This document shows, in pieces, positions 59,236 through 64,000 of a stretch of 64,000 nt of DNA. Source of the DNA: the human T2T-CHM13v2.0 reference genome, Homo sapiens. Location: NCBI RefSeq assembly GCF_009914755.1, contig NC_060935.1; one strand, written 5' to 3'. Below the pieces are notes generated by a model. The model searched no databases. It was not told the DNA's origin and saw only the letters and a program-made list of their open reading frames with translations. Positions within the stretch are counted from its first letter, which is position 1, and the number at the start of each line of letters is the position of its first letter. The position numbers were made by a program, and so were the translations under genes.

Positions 59236-60104
59236 TCAAAGAACATCTTTATTTCTACCTTCATTTCATTATTTACCCAGTAGTCATTCAGGAGCAGGTT
59301 GTTCAGTTTCCATGTAATTGTGCAGTTTTGAGGGAGTTTTTTAATCCTGAGTTCTCATTTGATTGCACTGTGGTCTGAGAGACTGTTTGCTATGATTTTT
59401 GTTCTTTTGCATTTGCTGAGGAGTTTTTTTACTTCCAATTATGTGGTCAATTTTAGAATAAGTGCAATGTAGTGCTGAGAAGAATGTATATTCTGTAGAT
59501 TTGGGGTGGTGAGTTCTGCAGATGTCTATTAAGTCCACTTGGTCCAGAGCTGTGTTCAAGTCCTGAATATCCTTGTTAATTTTCTATCTTGTTGATCTGT
59601 CTAATATTGACAGTGGGGTATTAAAATCTGCCACTATTATTGTGTGGGAGTCTAAGTCTCTTTGTAGGTCTCTAAGAACTTGCTTTATGAATGTGGGTGC
59701 TACTGTATTGGGTGCATATATATTTAGCATAGGTAGCTCTTCTTGTTGCATTGATCCCTTTACCATTTTGTAATGCCCTTCTTTGTCTCTTTTGATCTTT
59801 GTTGGTTTAAAGTTTGTTTTATCAGAGAGTAAAATTGTAACCCTTCTTTTTTTTTTTTTTTTTTTTTGCTTTCCATTTGCTTGGTAATTCTTCCTCCATC
59901 CCTTTATTTTGAGCCTATGTTTGTCTTTGCACATGAGATGGGTTTCCTGAATGCAGCACACTGATGGGTCTTGACTCTATCCAATTTTTTGGATAAAGTC
60001 TTTCTTCTAATTGGGATATTTTCCCATTTACAGTTAAAGTTAATATTGTTATGTGTGAATTTGATCCTGTCATTATGATGCTAGCTGGTTATTTTGCCTG
60101 TTAG

Positions 60105-60566
<462 letters not shown>

Positions 60567-61879
60567 AAGAATTTTATTTCTCCTCCATTTATGAAGCTTA
60601 ATTTGGCTGGATATGAAATTCTGGGTTGAAAATTCTTTTCTTTAAGAATGTTGAATATTGGCTCCCACTCTCTCCTGGCTTGTAGGGTTTCTGCTGAGAG
60701 ATCTGCTATTATTCTGATGGGCTTTCCTTTGTGGGTAACCTGACCTTTCTCTGGCTGTCTTTAACATTTTTTCCTTCATTTCAACCTTGGCGAATCTGAC
60801 GATTATGTGTCTTGGGGTTGCTCTTCTCGAGGAATATCTTTGTGGTGTTCTCTGTATTTCCTGAATATGAATGTTAGCCTACCTTGCTAGGTTGGGGAAG
60901 TTCTCCTCGATAATATCCTGAAGAGTGTTTTCCAGTTTGGTTCCATTCTCCCCATCACTTTCAGGTACACCAGTCAAATGTACATTTGGGATTTCTAAAT
61001 AGTCCCATATTTCTTGGAGGCTTTCTTCATTTCTTTTCACTCTTTTTTCTCTAGTCTTGTCTTCTCACTTTATTTCATTGAGTTGATCTTCAATCTCTGA
61101 TATCCTTTCTTCCACTTGATCAATTTGGCTATTGATACTTGTGTATGCTTTACAAAGTTCTCGTGCTGTGTTTTTCAGCTCCATCAGGTCATTTATATTC
61201 ATCTGTAAACTGAGTATTCTAGTTAGCAATTCATCTAATCTTTTTTCAAGGTTCTTAGCTTCCTTGCATTGGGTTAGAACATATTCCTTTAGCTTGGAGG
61301 ACTTTATTACCCACCTTCTGAAGCCTACTTGTGTCAATGTGTCAAACTGAATTTGCCAACCTCTGTCCAGTTTTGTTCCCTTGCTGGCGAGGAGTTGTGA
61401 TCTTTTGGAGGAGAAGAGGTGTTCTCCTCCAAAATTTCAAAGGTTTTTGAAATTTTCAGCCTTTTTGCACTGTTTTCTCCCCATCTTCATAGATTTATCT
61501 ACCTTTGGTCTTTGATGTTGGTGACCTTCGGATGGGGTCTCTAAGTGGACATCCTTTTTGTTGGTTTTGATACTCCTCCTTCATGTTTGTTAGTTTCCTT
61601 CTAACAGTCAGGCCTCTCTGCTGCAGATCTTGTGGAGTTTGCTGGAGGTCCACTGCAGACCCTGTTTGCATGCACTCCAGACCCTGTTTGCATGCCCCAC
61701 CCTGCTTCAGCTCGCCCTCTGTGGGCTGCACCCACTGTCCAACCAGTCCCGATGAGATGAACTGGGTGCCTCAGCTGGAAATGCAGAAATCACCTGCCTT
61801 CTGTGTGGATCTCGCTGGGATCTGCAGACCAGTGCTGTTCCTATTTGGCCATCTTGCCAGCTCTCCTTGATCCTGTGAT

Positions 61880-62425
61880 TTTTCTTTTAAATTCTCTTTG
61901 TGTAGTGTACCATATTTATTGACTTGCATATGTCAAACCATCCCTGCATCCCTGGTATAAAACCCACTTAATCATAGTGGATTATCTTTTTTATATGCTG
62001 TTGTATTCAGTTTGCTAGTATTTCATTAAGGATTTTTGCATTTATATTCTTCAGGGATATTGGTCTGTAGTTTTCTTTTTTGGTTATGTCCTTTCCTGGT
62101 TCTGGCATTAGGGTGATACTGGCTCCATAGAATGATTTAGAGAGGATTTCTTCTTTTCTATTTTGTGAACTAGTGTCAATAGAATTGGTACCAATTCTTC
62201 TTTGAATGTCTGATAGAATTCAGCTGAGAATCTGTCTTGTTTCTATTTCTTCCTTGTTTAATGTAGGAGGGTTGTAGATGTCCAGGAATTTATCCATCTC
62301 CTCTAGGTTTTCTAGTTGATGCATGTAAAGGTGTTCATAGTAGCCTTGAATGATCTGTTGTATTTCTCTGGTATCCATTATAATATCTCACCTTTCATTT
62401 CTAATTGAGCTCTAATGGTCTATCG
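61880..62425 (-). mobile_element. Old L1 ORF2 fragment
   Basis: cagggatattggtctgtagttttc etc. Confidence 0.75.
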
Positions 62426-62606
62426 TTTTTATTTATCTATTTATTTATTTTTTAATTTATCTATTATAAATAGATAATATTTATAATAGATATTATAGAG
62501 AATATCTATTATTTATATCGGTTTATTATGTTATTCATATTTATCTATTTTATTTATCTATGTTTTTTATTTTTATTTTATTTTATTTTTTATATTCTCA
62601 ATATGA

Positions 62607-64000
<1,394 letters not shown>

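Overview
Human (primate) genomic DNA, recognisable as the 5' end and upstream region of SLC22A8 (OAT3) on the minus strand, which I recall lies at 11q12.3. It contains the promoter (TATA, HNF1-like, CRE-like), non-coding exon 1 (~13015-13125) and first coding exon (11912-12269, 111 codons); bases 1-11911 are read as intron. The window splits into a GC/SINE/MIR-rich half (1-33.5 kb) and an almost entirely L1/LTR half (33.6-64 kb). Retrocopies present: a securin (PTTG1) processed pseudogene, a TUBA4A-derived processed pseudogene and a CCND2-like 3' UTR fragment. No other real protein-coding ORF is supported. The most unusual observations are: (i) a 62-bp inverted, CpG-enriched copy of SLC22A8 coding sequence in the gene's own promoter; (ii) a divergent pair of strong CTCF motifs near the compositional boundary; (iii) an interstitial telomeric tract at a rearrangement junction; (iv) an exact 45-bp second copy of the CCND2-like fragment abutting a young/old chimeric L1; and (v) many small locally templated duplications and insertions. 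Repeat subfamily names and gene identities come from memory of consensus sequences, not from searches. I see no clearly new multi-gene system.
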